DNA from: Promethearchaeota archaeon
Lineage (GTDB): Archaea; Asgardarchaeota; Lokiarchaeia; Sigyniarchaeales; SOKP01
Direction: 5' to 3'
Assembly: GCA_048939995.1 (NCBI GenBank)
Contig: JBHLOY010000004.1
Coordinates: 32,001-96,000, forward strand
Length of the DNA: 64,000 nt
In this document: positions 29,617 through 40,226 of the stretch, in pieces
How positions within the stretch are numbered: the first letter of the stretch is position 1
Layout of the letters: each line of letters opens with the position of its first letter
Translations under genes and position numbers: made by a program
Notes under the pieces: generated by a model
What the model saw: only the letters and a program-made list of their open reading frames with translations
What the model was told of the DNA's origin: nothing
Database searches by the model: none

Positions 29617-31206
29617 TCAGAACTTTGAAAGATAAAGATTCATAGCTTCCAGGAATAATTCTTTTTGCATATCTTTAGAATCAATTCCATATCTTTTTTG
29701 AAGTTCTTCATAAATTTTTAAATGCGGATTCTCAAAAGCGTGGTTAATTTCAATCTCTCCTCGTAAGAACTTTCGATATTCATTATCCAACCAAACCATA
29801 AATGGTCCCGGACTATGTTCTGCTTTATGTTTAACTTTATATTTTTCTCTAAGTGTCGTTATGACATGATAGACAGTTTCACACACTTTTTTCAAGTTAT
29901 CATTATTCTCCTTATAAAAATATTCAATGGGTACTGGCAAACGCATGTGTAGTAATATTCCTTGGCCTTGACGGAAATTAATATGACCATAGCCAAAAAT
30001 TATTTTATGAAATCCATGGTTTACAAAAATACTATTAATTATATTGATTATTTTGGGTAAATTTTTAGGCTCACTCAAGATATCTTCAAATCCAGGAAAA
30101 GCGATATAATCTGTAGATGAATCTGTAGTTTGTATCAAAAGGGCAAAGGCAGACCTTTCTTGAAGATAATCTTGAAACTCATCTTCTCCTAGAAAGGTGA
30201 ATTTAAGTTTTACGTTTTCTTTCATAACACTAATGAAGTTTTCGACCTCCTTTGAAGTCCCCTTTATTAATACAGCCCATTTGATATTTAATTCCTCTAC
30301 ATATTTCAAATCATCAAATTTACCAGGTAATTTTTCATTTGAAACCACAAATTCACTAATCAGAGGGAAAATTTTGCAATCGAGAACAGATTGAAGACCA
30401 TCAAATGCTAATTCAATATTGTTTCCATAAAGTATTGCTCGTTTTAATTCTAATGAGGGTTTATATAATTTGAATTTAGCCGATAAGATCACCCCAAAGC
30501 ATCCGTTACCTCCAACAATCCTTTTGAAAAGGGGATTATTTCTTTCTACCTTGATTATCGCGCCTTTAGGATTCATGATTCGCATACTTTTAATCCAATC
30601 CTCTGCCGAACCTAATTTTCCCGATGTAACTCCACTAGCGTTTGAAGAGATAATTCCTCCTACCCTTACAGGGAGCTTTAGAGCACTTGCAGGTTGAATC
30701 GGAAAAATAAATTTACCATTACTAAGAAATTGAACATATTTAATTAAATCAGATATGAGGGCACTCTGTTCTACTACTATTTCCTCCCTCTTAAAGTCTA
30801 TTTTAAAAGGATCTTCAAAGGAATGTAAATCTGCAAGGTCTACTGTTATACCATAATTTGAATAACCTCCCGATAATCCTGTTTTTCCACCAGCAAAAGT
30901 TATAGGGATTTTTAGCTCTTGCGAATGAGAAATAATCGCTTTTAATTGATCCTCAGTTCTAGGTCTAAAAATTACATATGGAGTTAAATTAAGATGTGAA
31001 GGGTCATTAAGACCTGCAGATTGAACTTTAGAGTTAACAATTAATGCCTTTCCCGATAAAAATGCTTCTTTATATACTTCTATATTAGTTAATTGAAAAA
31101 AATTAGGAGATCTTGTTTTTATAAAACCTTCCTCCTCCATGATTGATAAAAATTTATCCCATGGTAATTTTTTTTGAAGAGATTTAATGATATTATCTTT
31201 TTCCAT
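29617..31206 (-). CDS. FAD-binding oxidoreductase (GlcD/D-lactate dehydrogenase-like)
   Basis: GGKTGLSGG, GGIISSNASG, GCFGVI, C-terminal AEH. Confidence 0.8.
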   Translation of the reverse strand: MEKDNIIKSLQKKLPWDKFLSIMEEEGFIKTRSPNFFQLTNIEVYKEAFLSGKALIVNSKVQSAGLNDPSHLNLTPYVIFRPRTEDQLKAIISHSQELKIPITFAGGKTGLSGGYSNYGITVDLADLHSFEDPFKIDFKREEIVVEQSALISDLIKYVQFLSNGKFIFPIQPASALKLPVRVGGIISSNASGVTSGKLGSAEDWIKSMRIMNPKGAIIKVERNNPLFKRIVGGNGCFGVILSAKFKLYKPSLELKRAILYGNNIELAFDGLQSVLDCKIFPLISEFVVSNEKLPGKFDDLKYVEELNIKWAVLIKGTSKEVENFISVMKENVKLKFTFLGEDEFQDYLQERSAFALLIQTTDSSTDYIAFPGFEDILSEPKNLPKIINIINSIFVNHGFHKIIFGYGHINFRQGQGILLHMRLPVPIEYFYKENNDNLKKVCETVYHVITTLREKYKVKHKAEHSPGPFMVWLDNEYRKFLRGEIEINHAFENPHLKIYEELQKRYGIDSKDMQKELFLEAMNLYLSKF

Positions 31207-31241
31207 TGTTTATTATAAGAAATTCATTAAATAGTTAAATC

Positions 31242-32147
31242 TTATTCTTCTAATGAACTGATCTGTTTTATCTTATCTAACTCCGCTTGTCGTTTTGCTA
31301 ATATAAATGAACTCGCTATAATTAACATAATGGCTAGAATGAAAAATATTATAGATAATGTACTTGGTGGAAGTAAAAGAAATACTAAAAAATATATTAC
31401 TGATGGTGTAGTTTGAGTAGGAAGGTTTTGTATTGGAACTAATTTACTTGCATCGCCATATCTTAAAGCGGCAGCCATCTTTGTCACTCCTAATAAATTA
31501 ACTGCAACAAGAACTATTACTGAGACTATAAAAAGGACTAATTCTCCGATATTAAATATTCCACTAAATACTTTAGTGATTACACCCATTAAAATTCCAG
31601 TCCAAAAATTCGATAATGAAAACATGGAACCTGAAAGGAGCGCTAGCAAAATTCCTCTAAATTTTCCATATTTAGCTTGAATAAAGTGAAATATTAAAGC
31701 AATTATAGCTAAAGCTAATGTAAAAACAGTCATTCGAACTATAAATTCAAGTTGCAATAAATTATATTCAGATAATTCAATTGACAATTCGCTTAATCCA
31801 AGGAAAGAAATAGCTCCAACCATCATAAAAATTGCCAAAATTTCTGGCAATGTTAATTTCTCTCCGATTACCTTCACAGAGCCGATTGCTAATACTATAA
31901 GTCCAGATGCCATTAAACCTGGAATGATTGCGGGACCAATAAAGACTTGAGCCATCAAGAAAAAGATTGTGCCCAATCCAAAACGAAGAAATAATGCAAA
32001 TATCCATGAGGGAGATTTCACAAGGCTTCTCATTAATTTTGCGTCAGCACTTAATTGATTTATAATTATCTTTTCGATTAGCATTCCTAAGAAATGTGAA
32101 ATTCCTGACAAAACGGCTAGTAAGACTCCTAACCAATAAATTAACAT
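31242..32147 (-). CDS. DMT superfamily transporter, NIPA-like
   Basis: About nine TM; K.PSW, P....L....L, IGEKL pattern. Confidence 0.6.
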   Translation of the reverse strand: MLIYWLGVLLAVLSGISHFLGMLIEKIIINQLSADAKLMRSLVKSPSWIFALFLRFGLGTIFFLMAQVFIGPAIIPGLMASGLIVLAIGSVKVIGEKLTLPEILAIFMMVGAISFLGLSELSIELSEYNLLQLEFIVRMTVFTLALAIIALIFHFIQAKYGKFRGILLALLSGSMFSLSNFWTGILMGVITKVFSGIFNIGELVLFIVSVIVLVAVNLLGVTKMAAALRYGDASKLVPIQNLPTQTTPSVIYFLVFLLLPPSTLSIIFFILAIMLIIASSFILAKRQAELDKIKQISSLEE

Positions 32148-32220
32148 TTAGCTACACTATGGTATTGACATCCTTAATAATTTAATATTGATTCACATAA
32201 ATTTAAGTCTTAAATTATTG

Positions 32221-34713
32221 TTAGATTTTAACCTTAAATCCCAATTCTAGAAATTCATTTTTAATAACTCCAAAAGAGACTTCATTTAAGAATAATTCTA
32301 TTCCAGCATATGGAGTTCCTCGAGCTTTAATGGTTATTCGTTTTTTCTCGGGTAGCTTCTCAAAAACTATTTTTATTCTATTCTCATTAAAATCAAATGA
32401 TTTTATTAGAATGCTATCTATTCCAAATACAAATTTCTTCTTAAAATCTATGAATAAATCACCAAAATGATTTTTAGCATAAGCTGTGGCCATTGAAGCA
32501 GTACCTACCCCCCAATCGAAAGTTATCTGACCAGGTACTCTATAATCACTCCCTGTATGACCATAATTTTCATAAATTGCCCCTTTATCAACCGCAGCAA
32601 TTGTGTTTATACCCTTTATATTACCAGGGCATATCTCTTCGTATTGCTTAAGTAACTGTAAAGCCCAAGATGCTCGTAATGCTGCAAGAGCTCTTTCCAT
32701 ATATTCCTCTTTTTCAGTTAAAAGATAATAGTCCATATAAGTTCTAACAAATAAGGCTTGTCGAGCATCGCTTAATTCGACATCACCATTTTGGACTCCA
32801 AAACCCCCAAATGTATTATAACTAATATAAGGCATATTCCAAACTTGTTGAAACAAGGATAAGACAGCTAGAATGTGTTCTCCTATATGAAGGTAATCAA
32901 CGTTTTTAGTTATTTTATATAGTTCCTTAAACCCCTCTGCACACCAATAAATACATAATGTATTCATGACATGACTATTTGTATAATTGTCAAAAAAGTT
33001 GGATGGGAATTTAGTACAACTATAAAATAGTTCAAAATCGTGCCATTTATTTTCAACAATTATGTTTTCTTGGATATAATTTGCAATTGTCTGCATCAAG
33101 TCAATAATCTCTTGATTTTCATCCTTTTTATATAATTCTGTCAAAAACATCAATATTGCGCCTGAACTGGCTGAATCGGATAAAGTATCGTTGATTATAA
33201 TATCTTCTCCTGAAAAATTGATAAATACTGGAATATGAGATGTTTTTTGCCAAATATCAGAAATTAGTTTAAATAATTCTTTACTCTTTCCAATTATTTC
33301 CTCCTTTCTCTCAAGATCTTCGTAATAAATCAGAGCCCAATACATCGCAAGACAAGCATCTACTAGATTATACTCATCACTGTAAAGATAAGCCTTAGAC
33401 CCATTAATATATGAAATTATTGAAGATTCTGGAGCTGCTGGAAAGATTATACTTGGAAAAATTCCTTTAATTCTTGGTAGATTTAGCAGAGTGTCTAAGA
33501 TAAGATTTGATTTATCGATAAGCTCATTATTATTCCATTCTTTTCCGAAATAATTTAAGCTATATGCTGTTCTAATATTAAGAAACCAAGCATTGTTCCA
33601 AATTTCGGCAGTTCTTGGAACAAAGGCATGTTTAAAGATATAATTGTCGAACCATTTCACTTTTTCAATATCGTAAGTCATCTCATTTATCATTTTATGA
33701 ATTCCTTTAACGGAACTGGCCGTTTCAGTGGTATTTCTTTGTTTATGATTTTCAAGATCTTCAGGTCTTATAAATTCGATTGGCCTTTTTTTAGCACCTG
33801 CCCATGATCTCTGCCAAATTCCTCCGCATTCTACTCCATCAATTTTAAATATTCCCCAATAGTTATGTCTTTGAAATATAGCTTCAAAACCTTCTCTAAC
33901 ATTCGTTTCATAAGGCAATACTTGTGGATTGAAGCTTTCATAAAGATTTTTTCTAATATATTTCTGCCAGAAGAAACTGTTAATGGATTGTAATATCTCA
34001 GATACACTCTTCTTAATAAAAATAATGATATAATATCGAAAAGTTAAATCTGTGTCCTTTTCAACTTTCCATATTTTAGATGGGTCATGTTTGAAAAAAG
34101 TGTGAGCTATTGGGTGATAATTTCCAAAACCATAACTAATTTGAGGCTGATTAGTGGGATTTTCAAGATTTAAATTAAAATCCATAAATGATTGAAAAGG
34201 GTGGTTTATTCCTAGAGTTTTCAAATCCGGTATAAAAGCAAAAGCTATATCTAGTTTTTTATATACAATTACTGGAGAACGAAATATATGATCTCCCATA
34301 ACATACCCTTTTTCTGGACGAAGATGAGGTACCCATATAAAATCCGGTTTACCTTCAAGAAATATAGAATAGTTTACAATTAACTTACTTAACTCCAAGT
34401 CTCTTTTACTAGATATTTTATATCTTATATGAAGTATTTCACTTTCTTCAAGACAATAATCCAAATTAAGTAGAAAATCATCATCATCTATTTGATAATA
34501 CAATTTCTTCTTTTTATCTTTTAGAAAATTTAATTTTTTAGTATGCTTAATACTATTTTCCCAATAATTTAATGTACTAAAACCTGTATTACTTCCAAGA
34601 AGAGGTACCCAAAGATCATTACACTTAACCTCAATCATCTCTGAAGTAAATTCATTATGTTGCTCTATGGTGACTCTTAGTAAATCTCTTTCAAGGAGGT
34701 GTTTGTTATTCAT
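32221..34713 (-). CDS. Large hypothetical protein, probable (alpha/alpha)6 glycoside-hydrolase-like C-terminal domain
   Basis: Repeated helical LYK.T....YL / YYLLT..EEY.ERA motifs, aromatic-rich. Confidence 0.5.
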   Translation of the reverse strand: MNNKHLLERDLLRVTIEQHNEFTSEMIEVKCNDLWVPLLGSNTGFSTLNYWENSIKHTKKLNFLKDKKKKLYYQIDDDDFLLNLDYCLEESEILHIRYKISSKRDLELSKLIVNYSIFLEGKPDFIWVPHLRPEKGYVMGDHIFRSPVIVYKKLDIAFAFIPDLKTLGINHPFQSFMDFNLNLENPTNQPQISYGFGNYHPIAHTFFKHDPSKIWKVEKDTDLTFRYYIIIFIKKSVSEILQSINSFFWQKYIRKNLYESFNPQVLPYETNVREGFEAIFQRHNYWGIFKIDGVECGGIWQRSWAGAKKRPIEFIRPEDLENHKQRNTTETASSVKGIHKMINEMTYDIEKVKWFDNYIFKHAFVPRTAEIWNNAWFLNIRTAYSLNYFGKEWNNNELIDKSNLILDTLLNLPRIKGIFPSIIFPAAPESSIISYINGSKAYLYSDEYNLVDACLAMYWALIYYEDLERKEEIIGKSKELFKLISDIWQKTSHIPVFINFSGEDIIINDTLSDSASSGAILMFLTELYKKDENQEIIDLMQTIANYIQENIIVENKWHDFELFYSCTKFPSNFFDNYTNSHVMNTLCIYWCAEGFKELYKITKNVDYLHIGEHILAVLSLFQQVWNMPYISYNTFGGFGVQNGDVELSDARQALFVRTYMDYYLLTEKEEYMERALAALRASWALQLLKQYEEICPGNIKGINTIAAVDKGAIYENYGHTGSDYRVPGQITFDWGVGTASMATAYAKNHFGDLFIDFKKKFVFGIDSILIKSFDFNENRIKIVFEKLPEKKRITIKARGTPYAGIELFLNEVSFGVIKNEFLELGFKVKI

Positions 34714-34817
34714 AAAAAGATTATTTTTCTTCTTAATTTTAAATTATGATTTAGCTTAGTTTAATCTTTTTATGAATATTTGACTTACTAAAAAGATTAT
34801 TATAAAAAAAGAAAAAA

Positions 34818-35219
34818 TTAAAATCTATCCCATGCTGCATGGACAGCTTTACCAGTCAGTTCTATAACTGGTTTCATCTTGTCAGCGGTAGCTAAACCCA
34901 CTTCAGGAGCTATTTTCATTATTGAAGCATGGCTTACATAAACTTTCCCTTTTTCTTCATAGACAACAAAACTACATGGGAATAGCAAACCAACGTTTTT
35001 TGAAACATCTAATGCTCCTTTTGCAAACTCTGGACCACAAGCAAGTATAATAGTATATTTATCATAATCTATTCCTAACTTTTTCTTAAAAATTTCATCA
35101 ATCGATTTAGTTAGCATATGGCTAAAACCTTCTTCAATAATAATTTTCTCAATATGCTGTACTGCTTTATCAAAATCCATATTTAATTCTTTTTTCAATA
35201 TATCAACCATTTCTTTCAC
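34818..35219 (-). CDS. DUF302 domain protein
   Basis: YTIILAC.P..AKGAL...VGLLFPCSFVVYE. Confidence 0.85.
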   Translation of the reverse strand: MKEMVDILKKELNMDFDKAVQHIEKIIIEEGFSHMLTKSIDEIFKKKLGIDYDKYTIILACGPEFAKGALDVSKNVGLLFPCSFVVYEEKGKVYVSHASIMKIAPEVGLATADKMKPVIELTGKAVHAAWDRF

Positions 35220-35253
35220 TTTTTTGATTAATTAAATTTTAGATTAGAAAAAT

Positions 35254-35634
35254 CTATTTTTTAAAATCTTCTAAAGCTTTAAAGACATATTTAGTAAACA
35301 TTAGCGAAGGACCGCCTCCTAAGGTTCCAGCAACCATACTAGCTTCAATTATTTCCTCTTCCGTAGCTCCATGATCTAATGCATGTTTAACATGCCAAGC
35401 TACGCAAAATTTACATTGAGAAGCAATTGAAAGAGCAATCCCGATTAATTCTTTTGACTTAGCTGATAATGCCCCATCCGCTTTCGCAGCCCCGAAAAAT
35501 TGTTGAAATCCTTTCATAGCATCAGGATGCGCTTGTCTTAATCTCTGAAGACTATTTTGAGCTGCTTTAAAATATTCATTCATATCATCATCCATATTAG
35601 TTTCACCAAATTTTGTAATTATTAACTTAAACAC
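35254..35634 (-). CDS. Carboxymuconolactone decarboxylase/AhpD-like protein
   Basis: GALSAKSKELI, CKFCVAWH, GATEEEI.E, GGP. Confidence 0.9.
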   Translation of the reverse strand: MFKLIITKFGETNMDDDMNEYFKAAQNSLQRLRQAHPDAMKGFQQFFGAAKADGALSAKSKELIGIALSIASQCKFCVAWHVKHALDHGATEEEIIEASMVAGTLGGGPSLMFTKYVFKALEDFKK

Positions 35635-35745
35635 GATTTGAAATATAATAAAAATTCTCTTTATGAATTAAAAATCCCTGTTATTAATCCTTAAAATTTT
35701 TAAAAATAAAAATGCAGAAAATTATTACTTTAAAAATTCATATTA

Positions 35746-37116
35746 TTACTTTTTAATTGGATATTTTGCTTTCTTCCAGGCTTTCATACTCCCTAATACA
35801 TTGAAAACATTTTTAAATCCATTTCTCTTTAAAATACTGGTTGCCATACTAGCTCGAGCTCCATTCCTGCAGACTGTTACTATTGGGACATCTTTAGGTA
35901 AATCCCCCGCTCTTTTTTCAATTTCACCAACATAAATATTTTTCGCTCCTTCTATATAACCATCTTTTAATTCAGGAGCACCACGAACATCGATAAGATA
36001 GGTTTCTTCTCCTTGATCTAACCTTTCTTTTAATACATCAGCTGTCATCATGCCAGTTGTTTCCGTTGGTAAATGGTTGCTGTACCAAGCAATTATTCCA
36101 CCTACTAAATAACCCATAATATTATCATAACCCAATCTTAGAAGATATTTATAAGCTTTATTTAAGTCTTCGAAATTTTCTACAACAAGTAGGATTGGTT
36201 TATCATAAGGGAGAACCCAACCCACATAGGATGGTAATCCTTTTAGCCATATATTGTATGATTCTTTAATATGTACTGAACCAAAAGATGCTGGATTTCT
36301 AGTATCAACGACAATTCCCCCCTCTTCTATTTTAGGTTTAAATTCTTCAGGAAGTAATGGTTTGAATCGCGGTAAATCTTTTAATAGGGGTGGCCCTTGT
36401 AAATTATATATTTCCATTTGTTTAAAATAAGGTGCAAAATAATGCTTCTCATTTAATTTGAATTCTACAAACTTTTCTTTATCTTTCAATTGTAATGCTG
36501 GATTTTGCAAGCGTTCTAAACCAATAGTGCTTAATTCCCTTTCATTTATGGCAGCACCACAGACAGAACCTGCTCCATGAGCTGGCATTATAACAGCCTG
36601 ATCCCCGAAAGGTAAAATTTTATTAAATAAACTATTATAGAGATTTTCAGCATTCTTTTTTGATAGATCAGGACCATACATATCAATCCGTCCAGTATCA
36701 CCAACAAATAGAGCATCTCCCGTAAATATCATAATTGCTTCATCTCCTGTAGTTGTATCAAATATAGCATAACAAGTACTTTCATCAGTATGACCCGGAG
36801 TATGGATAGCTCTAATCCTTAAAACACCGAGTGTGAATTCTTGTCCATCTTTAAGGGTATTTCCATACTTCCAATCCAAACCAGGACCGTGGTAAATCTC
36901 AACATCAACAACATCAGCAATTTCTTTAGATCCAATTACATAATCTTCATTACGATGTGTTTCAAATACAAACTTTATATTCGCTTCAGCATCCCAAGCT
37001 AATTTAAGAAAAACTTTAGCATCCCTTCTTGGATCTATAATACATGCCTCATTTCCAGAAGCTAAAAAATATGATAAAGATGCTATTCCTTCACTTTTTA
37101 CTTTATGAAGAATCAT
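35746..37116 (-). CDS. MBL-fold hydrolase fused to two rhodanese domains
   Basis: IIDPRRD, ETHRNED, TPGHT, FTGD.LF, PAHGAGSVCG; C-terminal VCRNGAR. Confidence 0.88.
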   Translation of the reverse strand: MILHKVKSEGIASLSYFLASGNEACIIDPRRDAKVFLKLAWDAEANIKFVFETHRNEDYVIGSKEIADVVDVEIYHGPGLDWKYGNTLKDGQEFTLGVLRIRAIHTPGHTDESTCYAIFDTTTGDEAIMIFTGDALFVGDTGRIDMYGPDLSKKNAENLYNSLFNKILPFGDQAVIMPAHGAGSVCGAAINERELSTIGLERLQNPALQLKDKEKFVEFKLNEKHYFAPYFKQMEIYNLQGPPLLKDLPRFKPLLPEEFKPKIEEGGIVVDTRNPASFGSVHIKESYNIWLKGLPSYVGWVLPYDKPILLVVENFEDLNKAYKYLLRLGYDNIMGYLVGGIIAWYSNHLPTETTGMMTADVLKERLDQGEETYLIDVRGAPELKDGYIEGAKNIYVGEIEKRAGDLPKDVPIVTVCRNGARASMATSILKRNGFKNVFNVLGSMKAWKKAKYPIKK

Positions 37117-37268
37117 TTTTTCCTTCTGATCAAAATTTCTTAAAACTTAATTTTATAATTCCCTCATCCTATAATAATCTATTTTCTATAGTCTAAAAGT
37201 ATACATTATTATTTAGATGGTATTCAACATTTCTGAGCTCAATTATTCAAAAGTTTTAATTAAAATTT

Positions 37269-38315
37269 GTGCCTTTTATAATTATGATCCCTTCAATTGA
37301 ATGGATAAATAACAAAGTTAAAATGATTGATCAAACTCAACTTCCTTACACTTTACAATTTCTCGAGTTTGACAATTTTAGAGATGTAGCAAATGCAATT
37401 AAGATAATGAATATTAGAGGTGCTCCTGCGATAGGAGTTGCAGCAGCTATGGGTGTAGCATTAGCAACGATTGAATATAAAGAATTACCAAAAGAAAGGT
37501 TTTCAGAAAAAATAGCTGAAGCTGCGACTATAATAAGAAAAACTAGACCTACAGCCTCTAATTTATTCTGGGCGGTAGACAGAGTCATGAAAATTGTTCA
37601 AACATATCCAGATAATCCCACTAATATATCTAATTTAGTTGTGGAAGAAGTAAAAATCATGGCGCAAGAAGACATTAATGTAAATAAAAGAATCGGGAAA
37701 AATGGAGCTAAATTATTAGAAGATGGGGACGTTATTTTGACTCACTGTAATGCTGGATCTCTGGCTACTGTTCAATATGGAACTGCTTTAGCTCCTGTTA
37801 GGACTGCTATTGAGGAGGGGAAAAAAATTAGTGTAATCGCTGATGAAACACGCCCAAGATTACAAGGGGCTAGACTAACAGCTTTTGAGTTGCAATATGA
37901 TAAAATTCCTGTAAAGGTAATTTCTGATACTTCGTCAGGATTATTGATGCGTTTAGGAAAAGTTAAGAAAGTGATAGTGGGAACAGATCGTGTAACATCA
38001 GAAGCAGTTTTTAATAAAATAGGTACATATTTGGTAGCTTTGGCTGCAAATGATAATAGCATACCTTTTTATGTAGCAGCACCAAGTTCAACATTATCAC
38101 TTCAAGAAACCATAGAGGATGTGACAATTGAGCAAAGGGATAGTAGTGAAGTAAGTCAAATCTTAGGTAAACTTCAAATCGTACCTGATGGTGTAGACTG
38201 TTTGAATTATGCGTTTGATATAACGCCTTTTCGACTCGTAACGGCGATAATAACTGAAGACGGAGTTTTTAGTCCAGAAGAATTACTAAAAAAATATAAG
38301 ATTTCAAGTATTTAA
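37269..38315 (+). CDS. mtnA: S-methyl-5-thioribose-1-phosphate isomerase (eIF2B-related); likely start ATG 37284
   Basis: DQTQLP, IRGAPAIG, TRPTA.NL, THCNAGSLAT, ETRP.LQGARLT, NKIGTY, FDITP. Confidence 0.9.
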   Translation: MPFIIMIPSIEWINNKVKMIDQTQLPYTLQFLEFDNFRDVANAIKIMNIRGAPAIGVAAAMGVALATIEYKELPKERFSEKIAEAATIIRKTRPTASNLFWAVDRVMKIVQTYPDNPTNISNLVVEEVKIMAQEDINVNKRIGKNGAKLLEDGDVILTHCNAGSLATVQYGTALAPVRTAIEEGKKISVIADETRPRLQGARLTAFELQYDKIPVKVISDTSSGLLMRLGKVKKVIVGTDRVTSEAVFNKIGTYLVALAANDNSIPFYVAAPSSTLSLQETIEDVTIEQRDSSEVSQILGKLQIVPDGVDCLNYAFDITPFRLVTAIITEDGVFSPEELLKKYKISSI

Positions 38316-38343
38316 AATATCATTCATTAACATACTGACGATT

Positions 38344-38589
38344 ATGAAGCTAGCAAAAAAAGAATCTGTTCGTTTTAGAATATTTATATTCATTATTATT
38401 GAATTTCTATGTTTAATTTATTATTATGTAATTTCAGGAATAACCGGAAACTATTCTTGGACAATAATAGAACTAACAACGACTATAGAGGGATTTCTAA
38501 TCCAAATTATAAATTTGATAGCTATAATTATTGGCTTGATTCTTGCAGTTCATATAATGATGTATATTGCTATACTTTATAGAGGATAA
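38344..38589 (+). CDS. Small two-TM membrane protein
   Basis: Two hydrophobic segments. Confidence 0.55.
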   Translation: MKLAKKESVRFRIFIFIIIEFLCLIYYYVISGITGNYSWTIIELTTTIEGFLIQIINLIAIIIGLILAVHIMMYIAILYRG

Positions 38590-38591
38590 TA

Positions 38592-39593
38592 CTAATTCAT
38601 AGAATTTTCAAAATAAAGCTGTAATGCGTGCTTCAAATTTGTTAAATCTTTTGTTTTGGAAAGTCTCTGTCTAATTATATTAGAATCTCTAATATTTTTT
38701 GTTAACCAAATAGCGTTTCGCTTTAATTCCTTAAACTTGTATTTTTCCCTTGAATCAGGGATTAAATAGCTTTCATCAATAAATTCATCTAAACATTTTT
38801 CATAAATTTCGATAAGTCTTCTCATTCTCTCTTTGTCATTTTGAAAGGGATAAATTTTTCCATATTTTAGAAAGACATTAATTTGGTTAAAGATTTCTGG
38901 ATTTCCTATAGAACCTCTCCCAATCATAATTGCATCTACATTTGTATAATCTAAAAAACTTTTTGCAATTAAAGGATTATCTATATTTCCGTTCCCTACA
39001 ACTGGTATATTAACTCGGGCTTTAATCTGTTTAATAGTCTCAATATCTAATTTGGAATCATCATATCTATCATTAGCAGTCCTCCCATGAATAGTTAGAA
39101 ATTCAATGTTAGAATTATTGATTAATGCTGAAAATTCTGTGATATTAATTTTATCCGATATCCCCGTTCTCATCTTTAAGGATATAGGCCTGGAGGAAAA
39201 CTTAGAAGCGATATTTACAAGTTTTTTTAAAAGATCTAGATCCTGCAATAAATATGCTCCCTCTTGAGAATTATTTGCTCGTTTAGAAGGACATCCAACA
39301 TTGAGATCAATAATATTAAATTTATAACTCTCAAGGAATAGTATAGTTTCTTTTAATGCCTTTAAATCGGAGCCTATCAGTTGAATACTTATTGGAATCT
39401 CTTCTTCTATCCTATACAAATCAGGAATGATGGTTTTTGGATTTTTTATAACTCTTTTAGTGTATATCATCGGGACGGAAACTAAACCAATCTTTTGAAA
39501 CATTCTACAAAATCTCCTATATGGAGCAGTAGTTACTGCTTGCATAGGAGCTAATAACAAATTATTGTCTAGATGAAGAGTTCCTAGTTTCAT
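38592..39593 (-). CDS. dus: tRNA-dihydrouridine synthase
   Basis: LAPM, IQLIG, DLNVGCP, K.R.G, IHGRT, GNG.I, MIGRG..GNP. Confidence 0.9.
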   Translation of the reverse strand: MKLGTLHLDNNLLLAPMQAVTTAPYRRFCRMFQKIGLVSVPMIYTKRVIKNPKTIIPDLYRIEEEIPISIQLIGSDLKALKETILFLESYKFNIIDLNVGCPSKRANNSQEGAYLLQDLDLLKKLVNIASKFSSRPISLKMRTGISDKINITEFSALINNSNIEFLTIHGRTANDRYDDSKLDIETIKQIKARVNIPVVGNGNIDNPLIAKSFLDYTNVDAIMIGRGSIGNPEIFNQINVFLKYGKIYPFQNDKERMRRLIEIYEKCLDEFIDESYLIPDSREKYKFKELKRNAIWLTKNIRDSNIIRQRLSKTKDLTNLKHALQLYFENSMN

Positions 39594-39701
39594 ATTACGA
39601 TTTCAAAATTTTCTAAATTTTTTCAAAATATAATCATGAAATTTTTATAAAAAATGATTTTTATCATTACTATATTTGTTCTTAATTAGAATAATATAAA
39701 A

Positions 39702-40226
39702 ATGAAAAAATTTACTATGTATCAATATCGCCAAAAATTTGAATTCAAAAGACCTCCAAGAAATATTTCATATCCAGATGGTAATCCTTTAATTTTAAGT
39801 AATGAATTCAGCTTTTTTCATAATAAAAATAAATTTAGAAAAGAATTGAATCGATTGCAATTTCTGTTTAAAGATTATACTGATAACCCTTTAACTGCTG
39901 CAGGAATAAGAGATTCTTATTTAAAAGAAGAGTTCAGTGAAGAATTTTTTATAATTCTTTTTACCACAAATGAGATCGTTAGGAAGACTAATCAAATTGT
40001 TGAGAAATTTATTAAAACTGAATATGTACCTGGTTGTTTTTACTTGGAATCAACTTCTGATTACATTTTATTAATTACAAAAGATATGGATGGACTAATT
40101 TATGGAATTGATATCTTAGAGGAAATTTTTACTCAAACCTTTGAAGATTACTTAAAACAAGAAGCTTTTGAGGATTATGTTAAAGTAAGACCATTTTTAA
40201 TTCACAATTGTGGAATAGTTGATTAA
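39702..40226 (+). CDS. Hypothetical protein resembling a stand-alone GH20 N-terminal (domain 2) module
   Basis: FYLE....ILLI.....GLIYGIDIL pattern. Confidence 0.5.
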   Translation: MKKFTMYQYRQKFEFKRPPRNISYPDGNPLILSNEFSFFHNKNKFRKELNRLQFLFKDYTDNPLTAAGIRDSYLKEEFSEEFFIILFTTNEIVRKTNQIVEKFIKTEYVPGCFYLESTSDYILLITKDMDGLIYGIDILEEIFTQTFEDYLKQEAFEDYVKVRPFLIHNCGIVD

